Origin: Mobula hypostoma
Lineage: Eukaryota
Direction: 5' to 3'
Assembly: GCF_963921235.1 (NCBI RefSeq)
Contig: NC_086108.1
Span: forward strand, 8,556,001 to 8,620,000
DNA: 64,000 nucleotides
The notes below the pieces were generated by a model that worked only from the letters and a program-made list of their open reading frames with translations, ran no database searches and was not told the DNA's origin. Position numbers and translations under genes: made by a program. Positions 1 through 10,664 of this stretch are shown in pieces. Numbering within the stretch: position 1 is the stretch's first letter; each line of letters begins with the position of its first letter.

Positions 1-1233
1 CCCAAAAGCATCAACCACCAAGGTCAATGAGCTCAGGTATCACCTTTTCTGTGCCAAAAAAGGTGAAATCAAAAGTCATCAACTCCCACCATGCAAGGAC
101 TGCTTAACAAAACATGCACAGTGAGCCAACTACCAGGCTGGTATACAGAGAAGATGTTTAGAGAAGGACCCACAAGTATCAAGCCCTGTTGGCAGAGGAT
201 GGAAGACGGAGAGAGAAGAGGAAGCTGAAAAGTTGGTGGTGCACTGGATGGAAGGCCAGCCAGCACCCGATGCCGTCCTGGATCTACTGGCCTGTAACTG
301 TCCAAAAAAATGTTCACTCCCAAGGAGTATGTGTGTTGCAAATGGCCTCAGGTGTACTGACATGTGTAGACTGGCAGACTGTGAGAAGCAGGCATCCACC
401 TCAGAGAGTGTGGAAAGTTCAGATGAAGATGTGGAAGACGTGGAAGACTTGGAAAATTATGATGATTATTAATAGGTTATTAAAGCAGTCTTTGATTAAA
501 TATATTCATTTTACAACCAAATGGGGTCTAGGTTATGGCCGTGTGGAACCCCACATTTGAACTATTGTACTGTAATTCTATATGCTACAACAAAAGCTTA
601 AGATTGTTTTGATTTGATACAACAATATGGAAAACATCATGACATTGATAAAACTCCAGAAATCTCTTCAAATGAGGTGTTTTTCACCTTTTGGGGGGTG
701 GGTAACATTTTCTGCTGCACTGATGTTAGTATGGAATATTTACAAAAAGTGATTACTTATTCGAATTCCTGAATAAATTCTCCACAAATCCATGTGATTA
801 TATGTGTCCTAGGGTTTTTATTGACTTTTCCAAAATAAACAACAGACAAATATTTTTCTAAAAATGAAATGATTCACTCTACTGAACTTGGGCACTGTAC
901 TGCGAGTGCCACCAATGACATAGTTTTCAACGTAGAATTTTTTAACAACATTTGATGAAAAGTGCTTGAACTCAGCTATCATTGTGACAAATTTCAATGT
1001 TGAGGGATCACTGATGACAAAATACCACTAGGTTGAATATATGTGCTGTACTTTATATTGGCCACTTTTCAGAAATGCTTATTTTAGGGTAGTGTTATAA
1101 AATGCATGATAGCACACATAATGCTACCACTGGTGCAATGCTATCACATATTTTCTAACTTTAGAGATGTATACCCTGCCAAAAATCACTATGAGCACTA
1201 TTCTCCGATGGTACCGACCAACACTACTGGCTA
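1..1233 (+). mobile_element. 3' part of an Academ (AcademX) DNA transposon, running off the window start
   Basis: Coding remnant at 2-472, an AT-rich trailer, and an end ...CAACACTACTGGCTA at 1233, consistent with TAG...CTA Academ termini. Confidence 0.6.
2..472 (+). pseudogene. C-terminal part of an AcademX-type DNA transposon protein (end of nuclease region plus Cys-rich CXC zinc finger), with an in-frame stop
   Basis: Frame +2 reads ...VNELRYHLFCAKK...QLPPCKDCLTKHAQ*ANYQAGI...SPVGRGWK...VHWMEGQPAPDAVLDLLACNCPKKCSLPRSMCVANGLRCTDMCRLADC. The LPP..L..H..RA.YQA / GW / PAP..L..C.C..C..C..GL.CT..C pattern fits Academ-type proteins. TGA at 122-124 replaces the expected Arg. Confidence 0.7.
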
Positions 1234-1289
1234 ACTGGCCGCATCAGAATCAGATTTAATAGCACCGGCATATGTCCTGATATTTGTCT

Positions 1290-1626
1290 GGCACCGTCTG
1301 GTACGGAGGGGGGAGGGGGCTACTTCACAGGATCGAAGCAAGCTGCAGAGAGTTGTAAACTTAGTCAGCTCCATCATGGGTACCAGCCTCCGCTCCGTAG
1401 TATCCACAGCATCTTCAAGGAGGCATCCATCATGAAGGACCCCCATCACCCAGGACATGCCCTCTTCTCATTGCTACCATCAGGGAGGAGGTACAGGAGC
1501 CTGAAGGCACACACTCGACGATTCAGGAACAGCTTCTTCCCCTCTGCCATCCGATTTCTGAACAGACACTGAACCCATGAACAGTACCTCACTACTTTTT
1601 TCAATTTCTATTTGATTTAACTATTT
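1290..1626 (+). mobile_element. Rex1/Babar-type LINE 3' fragment
   Basis: Remnant ...QDRSKLQRVV...HPGHALFSLLPSGRRYRSLKAHTRRFRNSFFPSAIRFLN, a motif that recurs many times in the window. Confidence 0.75.
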
Positions 1627-1935
1627 TTTGTATTTTTTTATTGAATTTCATCATCAAACAAACATTTCCATAAGATGTATTTCAGATACTGTCCATATAT
1701 ATCATATAGTCATATTTGTCACAAATCTCCACATACTATTTATCTGAGGTATACACTTATAGAGAGGAGAGGAAAGAACGAACAATCGAAAGAAGAAAAC
1801 TATGTACAGAGTAGGGAGTGATCTCTTTTTTACAACATATTCATTGACTTGTGAGAATAAAATGAGGCCTATGAATAAAATTGTTCTAATTTGGGATTAA
1901 CAGATGCTGTTATCTTCTCCATTTTGTAAATGCCT
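1627..1935 (-). mobile_element. L1/Tx1-like LINE 3' end inserted into the Rex1 fragment
   Basis: 12-bp TSD ATTTAACTATTT at 1615-1626 and 1936-1947. The T-rich left end is an A-tail on the minus strand. The minus strand encodes GIYKMEKITASVN, resembling an L1-clade ORF2 C-terminus. Confidence 0.65.
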
Positions 1936-2074
1936 ATTTAACTATTTAATTTTTTTAATTATTTAATAAATATACATGCTTACTGTAATTAAGGTTTTTC
2001 CCTGACGATGTGTCCCAGCGCATCTTTGGAGGATCCCCGCACAAGTCATTCTGGAGTTAAATTTGCCTGTGCCT

Positions 2075-2205
2075 TTTAGTGCGGGTTTGGGTGGAGCGCC
2101 CGGACGCGGGGCGGAGCCGGTGTTGGCCGGGCGAGGCGAGGCCAGGCGGCGCGGCGCGGCGGGCCAGAGTGGTGGCGGCAGAAAAGGAGAAGGAGGAGGA
2201 GGAGA
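2075..2205 (+). promoter_or_regulatory. GC-rich TATA-less proximal promoter / 5' UTR (CpG island) of PPP1R14A
   Basis: Abrupt shift to CpG-rich sequence; Sp1-type GC box GGGGCGGAGC at 2108-2117 and a GGGTGGAG GT box near 2089, directly upstream of the ATG at 2206. Confidence 0.65.
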
Positions 2206-2376
2206 ATGGCAGCGGAGCGGGTCGGCAGGAAGGGACACAGCCCCCGGGAGCCCGGGGTGGCTCTGCAGCGGCGACAGGCCCGGGTCACTGCGCGCTACGA
2301 TCGCAGCGAGCTGCAGAGGCGGCTGGACGTGGAGCGATGGATGGAGGATCGGGTCCGGGAGCTGTACGGGGAGCAG
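2206..2376 (+). CDS. PPP1R14A: Protein phosphatase 1 regulatory inhibitor subunit 14A (CPI-17), coding exon 1 (57 codons)
   Basis: MAAERVGRKGHSPREPGVALQRRQARVTARYDRSELQRRLDVERWMEDRVRELYGEQ aligns with CPI-17 (MAAQRLGKR...LQKRHARVTVKYDRRELQRRLDVEKWIDGRLEELY). Good Kozak context (AGAATGG) and a phase-0 donor CAG|GTGAGG at 2376/2377. ELQRRLDVE is closer to 14A than to 14B/14C (ELRKRL). Confidence 0.9.
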
Positions 2377-2499
2377 GTGAGGGGACCCGGCGCTGGATGG
2401 AGTGAGTTACCCCAGTGCGGAGTGACGCCCAGGGCTGGAGTAACTGAGATCGGAATAAGTGAGATATCCTAGGGCTGAGAGTAAGCGGGGCTGCTAAGT

Positions 2500-3020
2500 G
2501 ACGACCCTGGGACCGGGGTGACCAGGGCTGGTGAGTGACCGACCCCGGGACCGGGGTGACCGGTGATCGTCCCTGGGACCGGGGTGACCGGTGACCGACG
2601 CCGGGACCGGGGTGACCGGTGACCGACGCCGGGACCGGGGTGACCGGTGACCGACGCCGGGACCGGGGTGACCGGTGACCGACGCCGGGACCGGGGTGAC
2701 CGGTGACCGACGCCGGGACCGGGGTGACCGGTGACCGACCCCGGGACCGCGGTGACCGGTGACCGACCCCGGAACAAGGGTGACCGGGGTAGTGAGTGAC
2801 CAACCCCGGGACTGGGGTGACTGGTGACCGACCCTGGAATAGGGGTGACCTGGGTAGTGAGTGACCGAGGCTGGGACCGGGGTGACCGGTGACCGACCCT
2901 GGGACCAGGCTGGCCAGTGATCAACCCCGGCACCGGGGTGAGTGTCCGATCCTGGGACCGGAGTGAGTGACCGGGGTGACCAGTGACCGCCCCTGGGACC
3001 GGGGTGACCGGGGCAGGTGA
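2500..3020 (+). repeat. GC-rich 28-bp minisatellite at the start of intron 1
   Basis: Unit GGGGTGACCGGTGACCGACGCCGGGACC, near-perfect over about 2581-2770 and degenerate on both sides. Confidence 0.95.
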
Positions 3021-4374
3021 GTAACCAGGAACGTCTGACAATCCCGAAGCCATGAAAGACCCAAGCCCAGACTAGCTGCCCCTGTGGTGATGGAACTGTA
3101 GAAATTACGTGATATTGGTTCAGACTCTGAACAGGACCTTAAACAACATCTGATTCCCCATTCAGCACCCAAAATATCAGGAGTAAGCCAGCTAACTGCA
3201 GGAGCTGCTCGTCCTGGCGTCTCCTTTTATTGCCTCCAGTCACAGGTGGGACTTGGGACCTACCAACCTCCGATTCAGGCCAAGAGCCTGTGCCCCTCAG
3301 ACAGACCTGCAAGATCAGCTTGAGGGAGCTGTCTTTGGGTTCAGGGAGTGTGCATCTCCGGGACTGTCACAGAGAGGAGAATGCTGGGCACATTTGAATT
3401 GGAAACTTCAGGCTATAAATTTTGGGCTAGGCTGTGGGAAAGAAGTGGGTTGGAATGAGATCTTCCTGTGTTGTACGATACCAGAATTAACTGTCGGAGA
3501 TACCGAAGTGCTGGTTTGTGAACTATGGTTTAATGGACTCTGGATCAAAGTCTCTTTGGGGGCTTCTGTTGTTGCCTGCGTGGTGGGGATGCGGGGGTCA
3601 GTTCTGGTGCAGAGGGAGGGTGGCTGTTGTTTTTTGCTGCTGAATGTGTGTGGGGGGGTTAGAGTTCTGATGTTTTTATCATTCGTTCTATGGGGTTTGT
3701 TGTTCTGTGGATGTCTGTGAAGATTACGAATTCCAGGTTGTATACTATATACCTCCTCTGAATTAAAATGAACCTGTGAACGTGTTACGAACATTGTTTG
3801 TTCATCTCATTAGCTTGCGGTGTGTCTGCACTTGGGAATAGCTGTTCCCGGATCTGAGTGTTTTAAGGCAGCAGTTTCACTGTGCGCAGACCCTGGGAGA
3901 TTGGAAACCAGCGTTCTGACTGAGTTATTTCTGTGTGAGCACGTTAGGGACACTTTGCCAGGTGGCTTTAATTGCACAGGTCTTCACCAAGGCGTGCACA
4001 GCCCTTGCAGGAGTCAGAACTGAGACGTGCAGGTGTGCTGGCTGTAATGGGCATTCCGAAAGACAGCAGTTTTTTTGAAACGTTACGCTTCAGAGTCCTC
4101 TTGAGAGAGAATAACCTGTTTCTTTACCTGCGGTACCAAGTGTGAAGGAATTCAGGGTGAGAATCGGGGTTAATATCAGTGAGTGAGAGGTTGTTGTTGT
4201 GGCACCACTCAGCCAGATTTTCAATCTCCCTCCTATATGCTGATTTCATATCAGTGGTGTAGTGTACAGTGTGAAATTTGTGGCTTTGCGGCTGCAGTAC
4301 ATTGCAATACGTGAACTCTAAATTTTACAATAATATGTTTTTAAAATTTAAACTAACTAGTGTAAGATAGTAGT

Positions 4375-4511
4375 TAGTCCTGACGAAGGGTCTCGGCCTG
4401 AAACGTCGACTGCGCCTCTTCCTAGAGATGCTGCCTGGCCTGCTGCGTTCACCAGCAACTTTGATGTATGTTGCTTGAATTTCCAGCATCTGCAGAATTC
4501 CTGTTGTTTGC
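4375..4511 (+). mobile_element. Short Penelope-like element terminal fragment carrying a minimal hammerhead ribozyme
   Basis: 13-bp TSD GTAAGATAGTAGT at 4362-4374 and 4512-4524; the insert matches the tail of the GIY-YIG-coding PLE at 62478-62569. Confidence 0.85.
4376..4411 (+). ncRNA. Minimal type I hammerhead ribozyme motif (PLE-associated), intact core
   Basis: AGTC-CTGACGA-AGG(GTCTCGG)CCT-GAAAC-GTC-GACT: stem I AGTC/GACT, CUGANGA box, stem II AGG/CCT, GAAA box, palindromic ACGT in place of stem III. Predicted cleavage after C4407. Confidence 0.8.
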
Positions 4512-4539
4512 GTAAGATAGTAGTGGTTGCTTGTAGTAC

Positions 4540-4690
4540 GTGCAGATCACAAGTCTTGGTTATGTGACCACTGACGCCAGGCAGACAATCTCTGAAGAGT
4601 GTTGATAATGGCTGGGGTCACCCGTCTTGTAAAGGCACTGCCCAGAAGGCAATGGCAAACCACTTCTGTAGAAGAATCTGCCAAGAGCGC
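4540..4690 (+). mobile_element. RTE-related non-autonomous retroelement (SINE-like) fragment; related copies near 30065-30285, 37465-37740 plus 39721-39800, 40710-41070, 46300-47010, 53570-53880 (-) and 60855-61165
   Basis: Shared block GGTTATGTGACCACTGAC..GGCAGACAATCTCTGAAGAGT...GAAGGCAATGGCAAACCACTTCTGTAG, resembling the BovB/Bov-A GAAGGCAATGGCA.CCAC motif; fuller copies end in CATGATGATGA-like tails. Confidence 0.6.
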
Positions 4691-5174
4691 TGGTGCCCAT
4701 GATGGAGCTGACTGAGTTTACAACCCTCTGAAACTTTTTTCCAATCCTGTGCAGTGGCCCCACCATGCCAGATGGTAATGTAACCGGTCAGAAAGTTCTC
4801 CATGGTACATCTGTAGGAATTTATAAGAGGCTTTGTTGACATTCAGTTTGTATGCTCCTTTGTTTGTTACTTCAGAATCTGCCTTGCATCTGTAAAACTG
4901 GTTGAAATCTGAGCCATTTCCTGTCTGTTCATCATCATCTTCTCCCACTGACCAACACGGCATCTGCTTAACCAATCTCTCCATTTTAACATCTCACTCT
5001 CGTCTTCAACATTCCTTCTGCGTTTTATTTTAAACAGCTGATCAGACCAACCATTGCTCCGAGCAAGACACTTTTACACAGCCTGAAAACTGTGATGCAC
5101 TTTAAATGTTTTTTTGAAATATATGCATACTATGAATATTTAGACTGAAAATTGAAAAATTACATTATTTATTA

Positions 5175-5745
5175 AAACAGAACGTGACAGCACAGGAACA
5201 GGCCATTCGGCCCACAATGTTGTGCTGTACCAGCTAAAAAGCAAATGGAAAAACACCCAAACACTAATCCCTCCTACCTACACCATGTCCATATCCCTCC
5301 ATTTTCCTTACATCCATGTACCTATCCAAATGTCCCTTAAACCTCTAATGTATTTGCTCCTACCACCATACTAAGCCGCACATTCCAGGCATCCACCACT
5401 CTCCCAGTGGAAAAAAACTTGCCCCTCACAAACCCCCTTGAACCTACCCCCTCTCACCTTCAATGCATGCCCTCTGGTATTAGACATTTCTACTCTGGGA
5501 AACATATTCCCTGTATCCATGCCTCTCATAATCTTACAAACCTCTTATCAGTAGTCTCTCAGCCTCCGACACTCCAGAGAAAACAACCCAAGTTTATCCA
5601 GCTTCCCGTGATAGCACATGCCCTCCAAACCAGGCAGCATCCTGGTAAACCTCTTCTGCACCCTCTCCAAATCCTCAACATTCTTCCTGTAGTGGTGTAA
5701 CCAGAATGGTAGGCCAGAGGTGGCCTAACCAGAGGTTAATAACAT
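5175..5745 (-). mobile_element. CR1 LINE 3' fragment
   Basis: Minus strand carries the CR1 RT C-terminal region (LERVQKRFTRMLPGLEG...) and 3' UTR; similar to 59740-60480. Confidence 0.75.
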
Positions 5746-5749
5746 ATAG

Positions 5750-6345
5750 CAAACAAGAGAAAATCTGCAGATGCTGGAAATCCAAGCAACACACACACAA
5801 CGCTGGAGGAACTCAGCAGCCCAGGCAGCATCTATGGAAAAAAAGTACAGTCGACGTTTTGGGCTGAGACCCTTCAGCAGGACTGGAGAACAAAAGATGA
5901 ATAGATTTAAAAGGTGGGGAGAGAGGAGGGAGAAACACAAGGTGATAGGTGAAACTGGGAGGGAGAGGGATGAAGTAAAGAGCTGGGAAGTTGATTGGTG
6001 AAAAAGATACAGGGCTGGAGAAGGAGGAATCTAATAGGAGAGGACAGAAGACCATGGAAGAAAGAAGAGGAAGGAGAAGCACCTGAGGGAGAAATTGGTG
6101 GGCAAGGAGATGAGGTGAGAGCAGGAAAAAGGGATGGGGAATAGTGAAGGGTGGGGGGAGGGGCATTACTGGAAATTCAAGAAATTGATGCTTAAGCCAT
6201 CAGGTTGGGGGCTACGCAGACGGAATATAAGGTGTTGTTCCTCCAACCTGAGTGTGACCTCATCATGACTGTGAAGGAGGCCATGGACGGACGTTTTGGA
6301 ATGGGAATGGAAAGTGGAATTAAAATGGGAAGTCCCGCTATTGGC
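5750..6345 (-). mobile_element. Penelope-like element 3' fragment (GIY-YIG C-terminus plus tail with a degenerate hammerhead at 5848-5885)
   Basis: Homologous to 62000-62570; the hammerhead core is mutated to CTGCTGA...AAAAC. Confidence 0.8.
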
Positions 6346-7146
6346 GGACAGAGCATAGGTTGTATTGAAATATGGTACAGCAAAGAAAATCTTTCACATT
6401 TTGTAAACATATTCTAGCTTCGACCAATTTCAGCTGCGTGGCAACAAAGGCTATGTGCGCAGTAGCATTGCAATTACTGTTGCTGTGTACTGGGGCACCT
6501 TGGAGGGAAACAGTGCATCGTATCCGCCCATGGACTCTCCCTCTTGTCTCTGCAATCTCGGCACTCTTCCTGATTGACCATGCTTTCCTTGGCCACGGAT
6601 GAGTTCCAGAGATTGCTCCCTAAAGCTCTTTGTTCTCCTTCCCCACCCCCATACTCCTTAAAGAGGCTCCCCCTCTGAACCTTTGGATTTTTTTGGTGTA
6701 AATGTTCCTTTGATTAATCTTCATGGGGTTAAAGGTTTTACTCTGAGTGTGAAGTGATTCACTTTGGAAGGTCAAACCTTAAGGGCTAATTACAGGGTTA
6801 ATGACAGGACTCTTGACAGCGTGGAGGAGCAAAGGTATCTCGGGGTTCACATCCACAGGTCCCTCAAAGTTGCCATGCAAGTTGACAGGGAGGTTAAGAA
6901 GGCGTATGGTGTGTTAGCTTTCATTAGCTGTGGAACTGAGTTCAAGGGTCGCAAGGTGATGTTGCAGCTCTATAAAACCCTGGTTAGACCACACTTGGAG
7001 TATTGTGTTCAGTTCTGGTCACCTCTTTATAGGAAGGATGTGAATGCATTGGAGAGGGTGCTATGGAGATTTACCTGGAATAGAGAGTATCTGTCATGAA
7101 ACTTGTTGTTTTTGGCAGCAGTAGTCCAGTACAATACATAAAATTA

Positions 7147-7217
7147 CAGTACTGTACTGTGCAAAAGTCTTGGGCAACCTAGTGATATATATGTGCACAA
7201 GACTTTTGTATAGTACT
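7147..7217. mobile_element. ~70-bp Tc1/mariner-type mini-MITE; other copies at 44510-44579 and 44936-45004
   Basis: TIRs CAGTACTGTGCAAAAGTCTT.GGCA / GTGC..AAGACTTTTG.A.AGTACT with TA flanks and a tiny AT-rich interior. Confidence 0.75.
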
Positions 7218-7472
7218 CTATATGAAGATAAGAGACGTAGATCGACTGGGCAGCGAACACCCTATTCCCAGGATGGAAATGGCTTGCACTAGGGGGTATA
7301 ATTTTAAGACTGGAGGAAAGTATAGTGGGGATATCAGAGATAGGTTTTTCACACAGAGTGATTGGTGTATGGAAAACACCTCCAGGGCTGGTGGGAGAGG
7401 CAGATACATTAGGGACATTTACGAGACTCTTAGATAGACACACAGATGATAGAAAAATGCAGGGTTACGCGG

Positions 7473-7552
7473 GAGGGGTTCCCAAACTTTTCTATGCCAT
7501 GAAGCCTTATCATTAACTGAGGAGTCCATGGACCCCAGATTGGGAACCCCTG
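7473..7552. mobile_element. ~80-bp hAT/Charlie-like mini-MITE
   Basis: Inverted termini AGGGGTTCCCAA ... TTGGGAACCCCTG; no clear TSD. Confidence 0.55.
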
Positions 7553-7894
7553 GGTTAGGTTGATCTTAAAAGACCAAGGGGTCTGCACGGTTCTGTGTTC
7601 TACATCTGGAATGTTCTACTGCTACTCTGGGCAAATGGAAAGAGAGATCTGGTCATGAACCGAGGTGTGAAAGGCACCTTTACCATAGAGTCCTGTACAG
7701 ATTGGCTTCTCTTGGTAAACTAATCGGTTGCTCAGGAGATCTTCTGGTGGGCTTGCTCCTGGGCCTAGCCAACATTGCCATTCACAGGTCTGGGTGGCAG
7801 GTAGTCAAGGGTGCTACTCAAGTTGACATCAATATTGGGGTCAAATACTGCTGTCGACTCTGAGCTTCTCGTAAGCCCTCCCAAGCATTGAGCA

Positions 7895-8330
7895 CATCTA
7901 CATGAAACGCTGTCGCAGGAAAGCAGCATCCATCATTAGGGAACCCCACCACCTAGGGCATGTTTCCATCTCACTGCTGCCATCAGGAAGAAGGTACAGG
8001 AGCCTCAGGACTTGCACCATCAGGTTCAGGAACAGTTATTACTCCTCAACCATCAGGCTCCTGAACTAATGGGGATACTTGCCCCATCACTGAAATGTTC
8101 CCACAACCTATTGCCCCCCGTTCGGTGACTCTTCATCTCATGTTCTTGATATTTATCGCTTATTTATTTTCTATTTTTCATTTTTTCTTTTTCTATTTGA
8201 ACAGTTTGTTATTTTCTGCACTCTGATCATTCTGTTATAGTTGCTATTCCATAGATTTATTGAGTATGCCCACAAGAAAATGAATCTCAAGGTTGTGTAT
8301 GGTGACGTATAAAACTTACTTTGAACTTTA
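7895..8330 (+). mobile_element. Rex1/Babar-type LINE 3' end; single-copy parent of the 95-bp array unit (also at 11188-11555)
   Basis: ...SLLPSGRRYRSLRTCTIRFRNSYYSSTIRLLN followed by a 3' UTR ending in an ACTTTGAACTTT tail. Confidence 0.75.
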
Positions 8331-9164
8331 ATCTTATAAACTTCTATTTGGTTTCCCTCGGCTTCCAGCTTCCTGGGGAGGGTAACTCAAGTTGTCTTGC
8401 ACAGATAGAGCAGTGGAGGAGGTCCCTCAGCCCGTGCTCTGTGCTGCTTCAGGGTGGCACGGTCGCTAAGGAGTTGGCACTCTAGTGCAGCAGTTGGCAC
8501 AAAGCTTTCCAACACCAGCCGTCACCAGTCGGGTTCAGTTTCCACAGATGTCTGCAAGGAGTCTGTACTTTTTCCGCGCGATCATGTGTGGCGCTCCAGT
8601 TAACTCCCACATCCCGAAGACGTACGGGTTAGGGTTAGTGAGCTGTGGGCTCGGTATGTTGGAGACACTTGCGGGCTGCCCCCAGCACATCCTCGGACTG
8701 CACACGACACACTTCACTGTTCTGGTTTACGATGGCACCGGTGTGCCTCAGTGACGTCTGGCTGGCGGCCGATGAAACAACGGGAACAACTGAATACCTT
8801 GTTAATCGCTGGTAAACGGTCACCGCAAACAATAGCTGTCACTTCCCTTTGGACTTGGAGGCATTCTGATGCGACAGGAGACAGGGTAGTGGGCTTATCG
8901 CCAAGAGCAAGGAGGACCCGATCGATCAGTTTAAGCACCAGGTCCAGGCCCCAGACTACATCGAAGCAACTGAACCCGATGTTTGGATGACGATTTGAGC
9001 GCCGGGCTGAATCAGTATGGTCAGGGACAGGTCGAATCGAGGCAGCGGGATCCAGGCACCAGAGTGTGCTGAGGCAACCGAACCCGATGTTAGGAAGGCA
9101 ATCTGCCGGGCCTGATTGACAAGGTCAGGATGTCAGGTCCCGAGGTGAGCTCGCTGCTCCACGA

Positions 9165-9445
9165 CGTTTACTCGGCTCTGCATTGAACTGAAGCTGAGGT
9201 TGTGGCCTGTTGTGGCTACTCCAGGCCCCGTGTTTGAGAGTTCTGTGTTGTTTACTCGGCTCTGCGTTAAACTGAGTCTGAGGTTGTGGCCTGTTGTGGC
9301 TACTCCAGGCCCCGTGTTTGAGAGTTCTGTGACGTTTGCTCGGCTCTACATTGAACTGAGGCTGAGGTTGTGGCCTGCTCTGGCTACTCAGGCCCCGTGT
9401 CTGGGGGTTCTGCGACGTTTGCTCGGCTCTGTGCTGAACTAGAGG
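9165..9445 (+). repeat. 84-bp tandem repeat (~3.3 copies) inside a LINE-derived 3' UTR-type repeat
   Basis: TTGTGGCCTG unit starts at 9200, 9284 and 9368. Confidence 0.9.
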
Positions 9446-9749
9446 TCTGTGGACGAACTCTTTTTGTGGACCTCACTCAGAACGCTATTTGCTTGTTTTT
9501 AGTTTGCATGATTTGTTTTTTTTCCCCTCTCTGCACGTTGGGTGTTGGACGGTCTTTTTTAATGGGTTATTTTGGGCTTTCTTTATTTTATGGCTGCCTG
9601 GAAGGAGATAAATCTCAATGTGTTATAATATAAACATATTTTGATAATAAATATACTTTGAACTTTCGATGTATCTGTGACAAATCAAGCTAATCTTTAA
9701 TCTGTTTTTACCAAGAACCTATTTACACTAATTCAACATTAGTCCTGTT

Positions 9750-10400
9750 TTATTAGACCGTAAGACATGGGGGTAGAGTTGGGTCATTTGACGCATCGAG
9801 TCTGCTCTGCTATTTCATCATGGCTGATCCATTTCCTTCTCCTGCCATATCTCTTCATGCCCTGACTAATCGGGAATCTATCAATCTCTGCCTCAAATGC
9901 ACCCAGTCACCTCACCTCCACAGCTGCCCATGGCAACGAATTCCACAGATTCACCTCTCCCTGGCTAAAGAAATTCCTCCTGGTCTCTATTCTAGATGAA
10001 CATCCCTCTGTTCTGCAGCTGTGCCCTCTGGTCTTAGACTCCCCCAGCATCCACTCTATTGAGGCCTTTCAATATACCACGGGTTCGCCTCCCCTCCCGC
10101 CGCCATTCTTCTAAATTCCAGTAAGGGTTGGCCCAGAGCTGTCAAACACTCCTCATATAATAACTCTTTCATTCCAGGAATCATTCTCATGAACCTTCTC
10201 TGAACCCTCTCCAATGCTGCCACACCTTTCTTAAATAACGGGCAAAAACTGCTCATAATACTCCAGTGCCTCGTAAAGCCTCAGCATTACATCCTTGTTT
10301 TTATATTCGAGTCCTCCTGAAATGAATGCTAATGTTGCATTTGCCTTCCTCGCCACCAATTCGACCTGCAAATTAACCTTTAGGGAATCCTGCACAAAGG
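9750..10400 (-). mobile_element. CR1 LINE 3' fragment
   Basis: Minus ORFs give ...ALERVQRRFMRMIPGMKEL.YEE and ...KANATLAFISGGLEYKNKDVMLRLY. Confidence 0.8.
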
Positions 10401-10664
10401 CTCCCCATAGTTCTGTCAACTTCCCCTCACCCACACTCTGGGGGAATTTACAGTGCCCTAATGAGCCCAGTACATCTGTGGGATTTTTGGAGCAAAGTGG
10501 AGGACGTGGGGGAACCCACACAGTCACAAGGAAAACATGGAAACTCTACACAGTGCTCGAGGTGGGAATTGAACTCAGATCACTGGGCCTGTGAGGACGG
10601 TCAACAAACAACGAGTGAAATTAATCCACAAAGTGATATGAGGTCTGGAGTCCAAAACAGCCAG

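Larger units (their letters stand above)
6745..7600 (+). mobile_element. CR1 LINE 3' RT fragment interrupted by MITE-type insertions
   Basis: ORF 6764-7099 reads ...LGVHIHRSLKV...LYKTLVRPHLEYCVQFWSP...; CR1 3' sequence resumes after 7217. Confidence 0.85.

Noticed and set aside
2377..2472. In-frame extension of the exon 1 ORF (VRGPGAG...)
   Set aside because: Similarity to CPI-17 ends at a good GT donor at 2377; the rest is intron read-through.
1963..3172. Long Pro/Gly/Arg-rich ORFs on both strands around exon 1
   Set aside because: They come from the GC-rich CpG island and the 28-bp minisatellite; only 2206-2376 has recognisable homology and a splice donor.
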